This document shows, piece after piece, positions 27,161 through 40,590 of a DNA stretch of 64,000 nucleotides (positions are counted from its first letter, which is position 1; the number at the start of each line of letters is the position of its first letter). Made by a program: the position numbers and the translations under genes. This stretch comes from the human T2T-CHM13v2.0 reference genome, Homo sapiens. The stretch lies in assembly GCF_009914755.1 (NCBI RefSeq), contig NC_060936.1. One strand, written 5' to 3'. The notes under the pieces were generated by a model. It was given only the letters and a program-made list of their open reading frames with translations. It was not told where the DNA came from and did no database searches.

Positions 27161-27808
27161 CTATTTTTGTTATTTTCTGTTTTGTTCTATTTCCATTTGA
27201 GTTAGCTTCTTGGGGCTGGGGGATGGTGGGGGTATGAATCTATGGTCCCTGTTGCCAGAGTTATTGGTCTAATGCATAAATAAATATAATCTGAAATTAA
27301 AAATTAAATATATATAATTTTAACTTCTAAAATCACCTTCAAGGTAAGATGTAAAATACTTAGACAGTTAAATGAGATGCTACATTGGCTTGTCCTGGCC
27401 TTTATTTCCAACCACAACACTGGCTCTGTATCATCCTTCATCTGACATTTTTGAATACTTATTATATACCAAGAATAGAGCTACAAGTTGAACTTATTCT
27501 CTTCCATTAGATATTAGCCTGGGTGTCATGTTTTCCAGAAGTCTTTCCTGAGTTTCTTCAGTAGGGATAAGGACTCTCTTCTCTGAGCCAGAGGTAATTG
27601 TCCCTATCTATGTTAGCCTATAGCCTTAAAATTCTTTAGAAATTATTTCCATCTCCCTAAAAAGGGGATGGAGATACAATTTAGTCATCTTGAATAACAA
27701 AAACTTAGGGCAAAAGCCTGTGGTTTAGGGAATATATATCAGAGAGAGTGATAGAGAATATATGTATAAATATGGAAAGAGAGGAAGAGAGTTCCCATTT
27801 TGTTTTAC

Positions 27809-28562
27809 TATCATAATAGTTTGCATTATTTTTCTATAAGGCATTGCTATGAACTTCTTTTGATTATCATAAAGGACACTGGGAGCACATATTTTAGAAG
27901 AGTATTGAAAACAAACAGGGGGTTCCGTAGGGAAATGGCTCTGCCATGGTACCCTGGCAATCTTGCATAACTCCACGCAGGGCAATGCTTGACCATAGTC
28001 TGACTTAAGGCTTGATGGCGAGTTCTGTGACTCTCTTTTTGGTGTAAGGGGAGGTACACCTTTTAAGGAGTTGCTGTAAGGCAGTTTCTCATTCCAATCA
28101 TGTGGAAGACTCCCACAAGATGATTCTGGCTTCAGTTGAGTAAAGGACTTTTCTACCTCACCTCACCTCTTTGAATACAGTTGCAGACTTCTTGACTAAG
28201 TGTATAAACCTGCTTGGCTGTAGTATAGAGGCTGCTCCTCCATGACAGAGTGACACTTCACTGATGTCACTCATCATCTGACTCTTTGGGGTTAGTGTCA
28301 TAATTTGGAACCAGGAACATGGGGAGCTGACATCATCATGCTGATGTTGCTTTGCTTTTGCATAAGAAGCAAACTGTCGGGATCTCTCTAGGATTGTTGA
28401 CTCCTTACTAGCCAAACCTATGGAAGAGTGTAAGCCAACCTCACAACTGTAATAGTCATCCTTGTGGTCTTTTTAGTTACTGTGCTTCTGCTTCGAGAAT
28501 GCTTGACCACTTGATAGATTCTCCTTAAAATGTCAGCCAATTAGCAAATCTTCCTTCAGATT
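27809..28562 (-). pseudogene. Large decayed coding exon (~248 codons) with 2 nonsense codons and a 10-nt repeat-expansion frameshift
   Basis: Acceptor tatttttggcag|AAT CTG AAG. Stops occur only at codons 10 (TGA) and 30 (TAA), followed by 104 open codons, (GAGGT)3 at 28169-28155 and 145 open codons in the shifted frame. Possible donor ATA|gtaaaa at 27809. Confidence 0.6.
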
Positions 28563-28739
28563 CTGCCAAAAATACTTATTAATATGATTTTAAGATTGAA
28601 AACTCATGATGACACTATAAAGAAGATCCTACTGTCTACTTGCTGAAATAGAACTGGCAAAATAAAACAACAATAAAAGGGGTGACGGCCTTTGTACATC
28701 AGGTTCACTTGTAGGAAAAATTATGCTTCATTTTTCCTT

Positions 28740-29180
28740 AACTAAATGGTTTCTTTTTCAGACACATGAGATTGGTGCCAAGTTCTTTGCTACCCCCGGG
28801 CATTTAACAGGCTGTGTTCCCACTGCCTGCTCTCCAGCCCTGTTCTCACCTGACAAACACATTTATGCTCGGCACATGGTTAACCCCTTCTCCTTCTTTA
28901 GTTCTCAGCTTAAATGTCATCTACCCAGAGAATCATTCTTAATCCTCGACTACTTTCCCTTTCTCTATGCTTTTCCTTTGTCATATTTACCACAATTTTT
29001 CATTAAAAATGAAAGAGAGACATTATGATTATTCATGTTTATCTCTCCCATTGGAATGTAAGGTCTATGAAAATAGAGATCATAGTTTTTGTTTTCTCAT
29101 TATTACCATGGTATTTCCAGTACCTAGCTCAGTTCTGGCATATAGTGGAGCTTAATAAATATTTATTGAATAAAATAATA
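28740..29180 (+). mobile_element. L2 3' end
   Basis: CTCAGCTTAAATGTCATC...GAATGTAAGGTCTATGAAAATAGAGA...CTGGCATATAGTGG..TAATAAATATTTATTGAAT. Confidence 0.75.
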
Positions 29181-29556
29181 ATCATGGAGTGAAAAACTAG
29201 AAAAGTGGCCACCCACCTTTGGTTTTTTGGGTGTTAAATCATGATTGCTATATTTCTCCTACCAGTTAAAATTTCTCTTTCCTGCTGTATGTACTCAAGG
29301 ACTTAAATTCCAGAAGTATTTGACAAAATGCATATGGTGGGGTGGGTGGGAGTGTTGAGTTAGGGATTCTGTGATGTTATTGAGGAAACTGATGTTACTG
29401 AGGGAGAAGGATAAGAAGAAAGGATACTGAGAATGTCACACTGAGGACTTGGAAGTAGAATCCCCACAGTTAAATTATGTAGATGGAGAGCACTCAAGAA
29501 AAAGGTGAAAGTATTTGAAATTAGGGTGTGTAGCTTTTAAAAATAAGTCTTTTATT

Positions 29557-29685
29557 GCTAAGCATGGTGGCTCATGCCTATAATCCCAGATACTTAGGAG
29601 GCAGAGGCTGGAGGATTGCTTGAGGACGGAAGAACAAGACCAGCCTAGGCAACATAGTGAGAACCTATCTTTAAATAAATAAATA
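29557..29685 (+). mobile_element. FLAM (Alu monomer)
   Basis: GCATGGTGGCTCATGCCTATAATCCCAG...GGAGGATTGCTTGAG...CCAGCCTAGGCAACATAGTGAGA with a (TAAA)n tail. Confidence 0.88.
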
Positions 29686-30824
29686 TTTGTCTTCATATAA
29701 AAAATAACGGTCTTAGGAACTGTAAGATGTTCTCGCATTTGTCCCTCAAATCTGAATTAGACAAAAGTCTGCTAGACATTTGTTTTGGAGTTCACATCAA
29801 CCAAGTAAACAGAGCAAATCACCAATTTTAGTTATTTATCAATATCATGTTCTGCAATGACTTCTATGAAGACAGGAATGAGGTACACACACATACACAG
29901 AGCACACACACAAATAATCAGGCAACCTTATTGCAGAGCAAGTAAAAAGAATCAGTATCCTAAAGATTCAGAGGAATACCAATATTTACTAAGCCAGATG
30001 AACATTTTGGGAAATTGACCCCCTTAATTCAAGAGGTAAAGATCCAGCCCAGGAAGAGAGACAATTATAAATGCAGGTATAGATGTAAAGGTCACAAACA
30101 AAAGAATGTAAGTGTAATAGATACAGATAGGGTGGAGGAAAACTAAAAATCAAAACAAACTAAAATACTAAGTAACAATGAATATCAATGGTTGGAAGAC
30201 AAACTTGAGATGCTCCCAAGAAGTGCAGAAGAAAAAGACAAATGAAAATAGTAAGATATAAGGGAGAGATAATAGTGAGTGAACTCAAGTATTAGAATTA
30301 TTATTGGGAAAGCTACCAGAACTACTACAAAATAATCTAAAAATCTATCCTGCAAAAATTATAAAAGTGATCTTTACTCAAGAGAGGTAATATAGTTTGT
30401 TCAAATGAAAATAGATTTATCTTGATATAAACAATTGGAAGAGAAACAATATGTAGCACATGAGCTTCCCCATTAAAAAAATGGCCATCAGTATTCTTAT
30501 AAAAGTATTAACACAGAGAAGAATAGACTCATGTAGTGGATATAAGAGTTCCAAGAGGGAAAAACAAAAGACCGCGAATCTAACTAAACTCAGATCACAG
30601 GATTCCAAACCACGGGATTTTACTATGTGTATATCACACATGTCTGTCCTTTTTTAAAAAATCTACTCTGCCTTTGATCTTCTACCTATCAAATTTATAT
30701 TGACATTCCCCCGTTAGCTATACCAAAGTTATTTTGTGGCAAGTTAAAAAGTATTGTTTTAAATACTTCAGAAATAGTTTGCAGAATTAGGGAAATGGAA
30801 GAAGCTCACAGTAAAAACAAATGA

Positions 30825-30831
30825 ACACACA

Positions 30832-30867
<36 letters not shown>
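30825..30867. repeat. (CA)n microsatellite
   Basis: ACACACACAAACACAC... visible directly. Confidence 0.95.
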
Positions 30868-30870
<3 letters not shown>

Positions 30871-31558
30871 CAAAAAGATAGAAAATGGAAAACCATTTTA
30901 TAAGAGTTATAGATATATTGTGGAATGTTGGTGTGTATATTTCAAAAATAATTTTAAATTGAGCCTCAAACACTACCAGAGGAGATTGACTAAGAATTAC
31001 TTTGATAAACCTCTATGGAATTTAACAAATTACCAGCAGTTTGTATAACTTTAAGTAAATAAGTTATAGAAAATAATTAGTGGATAAATGGATAAAGACA
31101 GCTGTTCTGCAAGTAGCATAAAGCCCAACCTTTACAAAATACGTTTTCACTCTAAACCACCAGACTACAGTAATATGCCCCTTTTAAACTGTTTTAATAA
31201 TACAGGTTCAGTTTATTATTTTTTATAGGTAAGTCATGTCAGTTCATAGACCATAATTCTTTAGGTATTTTTCCTGGACAAAACCTCGGAAATTGTAGAA
31301 AAATGACATGATCTCATCACTCAATAGAACAGCTATAATCAATTAGCTATAATCATATCCAATAATTTTTTATACATTACTTCACTTGCTTGCAGTCATT
31401 ACGTGCATGTAATTTTATAAACTGGTTTTTATACAATGAGCCCTTTAACATGTGACAACATAGTCTTCATAATTATTTTCATAGCTACATAATATTCTGT
31501 TGAGTAGAGGTTTTGTAATTGTCTTATCTACTTTTCTTCATTTCAATATTCAAGTAGA

Positions 31559-31938
31559 CCATGGATGAAAAGTTTGTGTCCCTTACAAAATTGATATGTT
31601 GATATCTTATCTCTAATTTGATGGGGTTTGGAGGTGCGGCCTTTGAGAGGTGATTAGGGCATGAAGGTGGTTAGGCTCATGAAGGAGCCATCCTAGGTGA
31701 GATTAGTGCCTTTATAAAAGGACCCTGAGAGCTCCCTGGTTCCTTCTGCCATGTGAAGATGCAGCCAAATGACAGCCATGTATGAATCAGAAAGTGGACC
31801 CTCACCAGACACCAAATCTGCCAGCGCCTTGATCTCAGACATCTCAGCTTCCAGAACTGTGAGAAATACATTTCTCTTGTTTATAAGCCACTAAGTCTAT
31901 TGTATTCTGTTATAGCAGCTCAAACAGACTAAGGCAAA
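31559..31938 (+). mobile_element. MSTD/MLT1A-like MaLR LTR
   Basis: GCCTTTGAGAGGTGATTAGGGCATGA...GCCATGTGAAGA...CCAGAACTGTGAGAAATACATTTC...CAAACAGACTAAGGCA. Confidence 0.85.
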
Positions 31939-32389
31939 TAGCTTCCTATTTTTATTGATGACAGGAAGCAAATCATACACATTGTTTTTATATAAAGTTT
32001 ATTATTTCTTTAAAAGGTTTGTATCAATGTTACTGCAAATCAAAATACATTATTAATCTTGATCTATGTTGCTCAATCAAGTGAAAATATAGTTTTGCCA
32101 ATATTCATGTATGAGTACCATTTTACTTCACATTTATTGTTATTTATCATTGAATTTTTACCTGTTTTATTATTTTATTTTCATTATTGTTTCATTATTT
32201 AAAAAATTTCTTTGAAAACTAACAAAATTGGCATTGATCTTTGTTTATTATTTGTATTAACTACCAAAATTTGATAGAAGTGGAACGCAAAAAATAAAAA
32301 AATCTAAAATGTGGCATTGACTCAGTAGAGGTGGAGGGGATATAAATATTGGAGCTTGGAAGCCTGGTGACTTTTGTTAAGAAATTGCA

Positions 32390-33807
<1,418 letters not shown>

Positions 33808-33843
33808 AAGAAATTGCAAAGCATTGAGTCAAAATATTGCTTA

Positions 33844-34129
33844 TCAAATTAATGCAGGAACAGAAAGCCAAATACCACATGTTCTCATTTATAAGCAGCA
33901 GCTAAGCATCAGGTACTCATGGACTTAAAGATGGCAATAATAGACACTGGGGAAGAATAGAAGAGGGAGCAGGGGAAGGGTTGAAAAACTAGCTGTTGGG
34001 TACTATTCTCACTATCTGGATGATGGGATCAGTTGTACGCCAAACCTCAGCATCACACAATATACCCACATAACAAACCTGCGTAGGTATCCCCTCAATT
34101 GAAATTAAAAGTTGAAATTATTTTTGAAA
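33844..34129 (+). mobile_element. L1PB4/L1MA1-like 3' end with degenerate TSD
   Basis: GAACAGAAAGCCAAATACCACATGTTCTCA...AAACCTCAGCATCACACAATATACCC, flanked by AAAATATTGCTTA / AACATATTGCTTA. Confidence 0.85.
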
Positions 34130-34425
34130 AACATATTGCTTACTATACTTTGGAAGATAAATGAACTATCGGCCAGTGCTATGGCCTTGGGTAAATAAGT
34201 GGGAAAAAATCAGAATGTGTTTGTGTGCTGGCTGCTTCTTGAAACTTCCAGCAGACAATTGTATCACAAAATTCCAGCAGCAAAATTTCAGGTTAGAGTG
34301 AACTAGTCTGCAAGTAGAGACAAAAAGGCAATAGATCTTTGTTAGGAAGCATACTGCCTGTGGCCTGCAGACTAAATTTGACTAGGAATCCAGAAATGTG
34401 TAATCTTGTTGAACGATAAAACCAG

Positions 34426-34530
34426 CTATGTCTACATACGAATTTAAGCTATTAGGCACTAGTTCCCCGCCCTACAAACTATGCCTATATACGAATTGAA
34501 GCTCTTAGGCACTTGTTTCCACCCTACAAA
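34426..34530 (+). repeat. Tandem duplication, 53/52-bp units
   Basis: CTATGTCTACATACGAATTTAAGCTATTAGGCACTAGTTCCCCGCCCTACAAA followed by CTATGCCTATATACGAATTGAAGCTCTTAGGCACTTGTTTCCACCCTACAAA. Confidence 0.9.
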
Positions 34531-34996
34531 TTTTGTGAGAGCACTGACAAAAGCAGAATTAGGGAGAATGCCTTTATTACTCCTGCTCATCACTTCAGAG
34601 TTGGTGGAGAATGGGAGGTAGACTATAGGCCAGAAACCAAAAACCATGTTCTGTGTCTAAATAAAAATGTTAATAGTAGTTACCCTTACAGAGAGAATAA
34701 ATTCTGATTTCTTTTGAATAACATACAGTACATTCCCATATCCTTACGGTCTCGTCTGTTTCATCCTCCGTGGCCATCTCTCCACTCCCCACTAGACTGC
34801 AGATGCTCAGGACCTCCATTTCCCAATGTGCCTTGCTTTACTGAAAGTTCATTTATTTGTAGAGATAGCTCCCTGTGGCTGTCATCCTTTTTCTCCCTTT
34901 GCCCTAAATAAACTTCTATTCATCTTAGCATCCATAATAATGTCTCTCACGGTGCTATAAACCAAGAAATAATTTTTTTTATAAAATCGAATTGGA

Positions 34997-35054
34997 ATGA
35001 ATCACCAGAGAAAAGTGCCTCCTGGCTGGTGATTCATGATGGTAGAGGAGGCAC
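34997..35054. other. Two interleaved perfect inverted repeats (12 bp and 9 bp; pseudoknot topology)
   Basis: ATGAATCACCAG (34997-35008) pairs with CTGGTGATTCAT (35026-35037). GTGCCTCCT (35015-35023) pairs with AGGAGGCAC (35046-35054). Confidence 0.85.
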
Positions 35055-35122
35055 CTTAATGTAAGTGGAACTGTTTAATGATATTTTTCCAATTATCTCT
35101 CTCTCTTAATTATCTCTCTTAA

Positions 35123-35134
35123 ACACACACACAC

Positions 35135-35174
<40 letters not shown>
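35123..35174. repeat. (CA)n microsatellite
   Basis: About 25 CA units with one CG interruption. Confidence 0.95.
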
Positions 35175-35175
<1 letters not shown>

Positions 35176-35529
35176 AGGCACATTATAGACATTACTACAT
35201 GAAGCATGTTAGCTGGATGTAAACCACATATCTCAAACTCTACTACCAAAAAAAAAAATACTGAAAACCTGCTTGAATTTAAACGTGGTAAATTATGGCA
35301 TATTGTTTTGTTTTTTCATAGATCCCATTTTCCCTGTATTTTTCTCTTTTTGTGTTATAATAGGAACCTCAGAAAGTCTTCTTTCCATAGGGTACCCCTA
35401 CAGCATCCAGAGAATGCTCTGGTAAACAAATGAATGGAACAACACAAAAGACTCAGAATTACAAATTGTATCCCATTCCAGATATAGATCTATTCCCCAT
35501 CTTAAAATGACATTTTCCCTTTTAAAGAA

Positions 35530-35807
35530 TAGCAAGCCAAATGTGATCAGATTCACAAAACAGCCAGCTGAATAGCATGTGGAATGCTGAAGAAATAATA
35601 AACAAAAATGCAAATGAAGCTGGGCACTCTGCCTGGAAAACAGAATCTGTGTGCAAACAACACATATTCATGCCAATCGTTAAACCCTTAAAAGGACCTT
35701 CACCTGTGCCTCTCTCTAAGCATAAAGCCAAAGAGGAAATAGGTGAATTTTCCACCAGCACACAGTGGGAAGGTTGTAACGAGTGAAGATCTTACATCTA
35801 GGAAAGA
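35530..35807 (-). pseudogene. Candidate decayed exon(s)
   Basis: Acceptor ttttttcccag|, overlapping open frames (RYNLPT, VLVENSPISSLALCLERGTGEGPFKGL, RVPSFI..YY) and non-repeat sequence. Confidence 0.3.
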
Positions 35808-38359
35808 CTGGGAAAAAATAATTGATTTAATTTAATTTAATCTTGATGAGGATTAAGTCAAGCTTCACCTCTAATCTGACAGGTTGGCATGTCAACATAG
35901 GAATAACTACTATCATTACCCAAGAGCAATTCTCAGAAATTGCCTTATAATTGAGCTCCATATTTTAAACTTTATTTTGGTCAAAGTCTTTTTTAAAAAT
36001 AGAGGTGTTAAAGACCTCAAGAACTAGAGTTAGTCTTATTCTAGATTATATGATTGGGCAAATCACTTTTTTCTGGTTCCACCCACATAACAAAGTTAAC
36101 CATTTTGCAAATTCACAAGTATAAGGCATTCTGTATATATCAGGTGCTATTATTGTTATAGTTAGCAAGGGAGAGGAAGTGCATTCCAGACAAAATAATG
36201 ATGTCGTCTAAAGCGTGGCAGTAAGAAAGAAGGCAGGCACAGCTATGGAATAGGTATTCACTTGTTTGGCTGGCCCAATAAACTTTACAAATCTTTTTAA
36301 GGCCTCCACTAGTCTGTCATTATTGGTTGAGAGTAATTATCTCTTCCTTTGATTTTAATGACTTTTCAAATTTATTTCATCACAGACAACTATTTTCTTG
36401 CTATAATTATTTTCTGGACATTAGGAAGAACAATCCTCTGCCTGACTGTGAGGTCCTATGACCTTAGTTTCTCTTAATTCCAATCCAGTATGTCAAGATT
36501 TCTCACATACAGTTTTCATGTACCTGCTGAAGATTTTACAAGAGTTCACTTTAAGAGGCTACTATTATAGATCCCTTCACTACCAGGATTTCAAAGTCCT
36601 TCATTCTCTGCCCTCACTCAAACAATCTAAAATCATTTCCCATTAAACTCTAGAGAGAACAATCCCTTTCACTTCTGGAGAATATTCTTAACCAGGCCTA
36701 TGTCTCCAAGGCTCAGCCTCTTCCTCCACCTGAAATTTCTTTCTTTCCTTCCAATATCTTTTTTGCCCACTCATCAAAAACAGGTGATCTTGAAGTCTCT
36801 ACAAGTGTTGTAGCTGACTTACTCCTCTGAATTCATTTAGTACTTCCTGATTCATGACACCATTTAACACTTGTTTATATTTTATATTTCAAGATGACCC
36901 AATTTGATTGCACAGGTATTTTGCTTCTCCCATACATATTAGATGTCTCAAAATACAACTGATTAGTGTATTAACTGATTGTGAGTGAATCCGAAAAGTG
37001 GTTCAGAAGTCTCAAAAATACAACAAAGCCACTCCTATTTAACATTCATATTCACAGACTTGCCCACTATCTCCTCTGCCAAAAGCCTATTGGCCTTAGG
37101 ACAATATCTAAAAAAGTACATGAATATCAATGGAGGTAAAGAAAGTTTTCATGAAATCAGATTTGTAGGCTTATGCTGTCACTGTAAGGAAAGAACACTT
37201 ATTTAGGATAACAAACTGTATCTTTTGAAGTTTGATGATGGGATATGCAATAAGTTTCCTCTGAGGGTTGAGATAAAATTTAAGTGAATAAATGATACAT
37301 AGGGCTGCTATAAAATCAGAAATATGGCTTTCTGAAATTAAAACTACCTATCTGTCTCAGTGTAGACCATATGGTATGTGCATTGTAAGCATTATTTATA
37401 TTTAGTATTTAGGTTTTATAAGGAATGAAGAAAAGTCATACCACACCTAGAAAGGGTGTGAACATAGAAGGCAACACTCATGGAAAGGTCTGTGTCTTGA
37501 CAATATTTTTGATCAAAAGTTGTTTCCATAGTTATAATACTATTACCCTTATCTTACATGAAGTAATAAATCACTGTATTTTTTAATGTTACTTAGTTAC
37601 TAAAATATAAAATTCCTGTAAAGCCAAATTATTATGTAAATTCATATTGAATATTTATTTGAAAATAAGCCAGCACAACTACTATGCTTTTTCTGTTAGT
37701 GAAAAAGACATGCTGCATTAATGTTTCTTGCAAGTTAGATTTCTGGAAAGAGATATGGGTGGATCTATTCTCAGACAAATTACTTCATCTAAAGAGCTTA
37801 ATTTGAGAGCTATGTTTATTATTAATATTTGATTTTACTATTAATTTATTAAGTAAAATAATACTATGATAAGAAAAGAATCAGTTCTCTGACTTTGCAG
37901 AATACTGTTTGTTATCATCATAGTTACCACCTCCTTCAAAACAAATTTAGGCTTGCAGTTTATGGAGAAATTTAGAGAGGAGATGAAGAATAGAGGCTTC
38001 AGCCACTCAAAGGAGTTATTACACTATTCCTTCTGACAGTGTTTGGTTTTTAAAGCTTTAATTTGATGTATTTTGAAGGGCCATGGCATGAGGTCATACT
38101 AAAAAGATTTATTATGTGACTGAAATATTGCATGCCTGATACTTTTAAACTTGGAGAATTCCCTTCTTAGATAAAATAATCTGAACAGCAATTTAGAGGA
38201 GTGCAACAGCTTGAGTTAGAGCACATGATATGTAAAAGTTTGGAAAAGCAAGGCTGACAGTTTTGGGTGAAGGAAAGGGCAAGGTGGAAGAGTACAGAGA
38301 GGACTTGCTCAGAGGGTGTGGTCTCCTGTAGCACCCCGTTCTCTGGCAAGGACGTCCAC

Positions 38360-38445
38360 CGGGACAGCCAAAAACTTAATCAAATCATGCAATAGGTGAA
38401 ACAGAGAGCAGCTGACTGGATTAGAGTTCCTCCAATTATTTCCTC
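38360..38445 (-). pseudogene. Candidate decayed 86-nt exon
   Basis: Acceptor ttctttgcag|. It reads EEIIGGTLI... and, after a 1-nt shift, ...KFLAVP, ending at CCG|gtggac. Confidence 0.3.
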
Positions 38446-39939
38446 CTGCAAAGAACTTTTGTTACCATTAGAGAAACAAAAGCACATTTGTGTCCCCCAC
38501 CTTCCATTACTCAAATTCCCTATACTATATCTATCAACTAAGTATTTACATTAAATTAAATAGATGGGCACAGATATCAGTAAGTGGCTGCAAAGTTTAT
38601 GCAACAACAGCAAGCAACAACTAACCTGGTCTGATCCACCTGTCCAAGCCAAGAAGGCCAAAGTAATTACTATTTTACTATCCCTGCACCTGGATTCTGT
38701 ATTACATTTCAGGTAGAGTTTTATATGAATTTTACTTTAATTTAATACTGAAACCATGAAATGAAGTAATCCCTAAAAGCACTATGTGGACTCTGGTAAG
38801 TCATATGCTCTGACGGATATTCACAGTTATATATTATTAAAAATAAATTTAGAGCTATTACAACCCAATGTTTTTTTCAAGTAAATATTCATAAAATGTT
38901 AATGTCCACATAATTTTCCCAAAGGAAACTAATTTCTCTGCATGGCATTATGACAGTCATGGTACTGTTTAAAACACGACGGTAATTGTATCTGTGATTC
39001 ATGAATTTGGGTGAGCCATATGGTATATATGGTATTAATTGAGCTGGTTGAAATCCAGAAGCAGTGAAATGTTCATCTTCCTCTGACTGTACAAAAGTTC
39101 TGAATTCTGAAGCATTATTTATTAGCACATCAGACACTTCATGCTCAGAAATGCTCACAAGTACGTCAGCACTTTCTGCCTAAATCCTTGAATGTCTCTA
39201 TCAAATTTTCTCTCTCCTTTTACCCTGTCATTGAACTCTTTGTCTCTCACATACACACACAAACAGATGGACACACAGCTTGTACTTATCTCAGTTTGCA
39301 ATGCTTTTGCTTTTGTAAATTTGAGTGCTCAAGGGGATTTGGAGACTTTTGGTCATATTTGTTTTTTATTTTTTTACTGAAAAAAAATAGCTTGAATGAA
39401 AAAGGTGTTCTGTCAAGGCTTTGCCTTCTACTAGGGCACAATTTTCCTCACTCAAGAAGAAAGTACAATTGACAGCCCCTATTATGACACAGCTACTCTC
39501 TTAGGTAGCTGTATGTACTTATTTCATATAATCCTTATAATCACTCCAGAAAATTCACTCATTTTATTCTTATCTCTATTCAAGCATTACCATGTCAGGA
39601 AAGCCTTCTATACTAAACTAAATAGGAACTGCCCCTATTATCTCAATCCCTTTTTTTCTATTTTTATTCTTAGCACTTACTATCACCTGACATATTATAC
39701 AAACTTTGTTTGATTATTTTGTTTCATCCCTATTATAACATAAGCATTTTAGAGTAATCATTTGTCCTGCCTTTATTACTAGATATACTAGGTATCTTCA
39801 TTGTTTACAAGAGTAGCTGACACGTAGTAGATGCAAATAAATATCTGTAGAATGAATGATAACCTATCAACCAAGGGTTAAAGAACAAAGACTCTGTAGT
39901 CTTAATGTATGGGTTCAACTCCCTAAAGATGAAATATAA

Positions 39940-40590
39940 AATAGTGGCTAAGAGTGTAGCCTTGGAGTCAGACTGCTTAGGTTTGAATCCCAACTTTACC
40001 ATTTGGTGACTACATGACTGATATGGTTTGGCTGTGTCACTACCAAAATCTCATCTGGATTGTAGTTCCCATAATTCCCACGTGTTGTGAGAGGGACCCT
40101 GAGGGAGGTAATTGAATCATGGGGACAGGTCTTTCCCATGCTGTTCTCTTTACAGTGAATAAGTTTCATGAAATGTGATGGATTTATAAAGGGCAGTTCC
40201 CCTGTACAAGCTCTCTTGCCTGCCACCATGTAAGACGTGACTTTTCTCCTCATTTGCCTTCCACCATGATTATGAGGCCTCCCCAGCCTTAAGAAACTGT
40301 GAGTGAATTAAGCCTCTTTCCTTATAAATTACCCAGTCTTGCATATGTCTTTATTATCAGCAGGACAACAGACTAATACAGTGATCTTGGACAAGGTATT
40401 TACCTTTCCTGGGCTCCAGTTTCCCCATGTGAATGGTGATAATAGTAGCAACCACCTCATAGGTGTGGTGGGTAATGTGAAGTCTAGGGCCCATTGGCCT
40501 TTGGAAAGCTGAATCACGTGCTAAGGCCCCCAGTGTGTGATGAATGAAATAATGGATACTGCATGCTTAGAAGAGTACCTGGCACTTCAT
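39940..40590 (+). mobile_element. MIR split by a THE1 LTR and a 74-bp templated insertion
   Basis: AGTGGCTAAGAG..TGGAGTCAGACTGCTTAGGTTTGAATCC | GTGATCTTGGACAAGGTATTTACCTT..CAGTTTCCCCATGTG..ACCTCATAGG | ..CTTAGAAGAGTACCTGGCAC. Confidence 0.85.
40019..40380 (+). mobile_element. THE1B/C solo LTR
   Basis: TGATATGGTTTGGCTGTGTC...CAGACTAATACA, with complete TG..CA termini. Confidence 0.95.

Noticed and set aside
38575-38665. Plus-strand KWLQSL...QAKKAK|gtaatt micro-exon candidate
   Set aside because: It has a weak acceptor and no supporting plus-strand exons.
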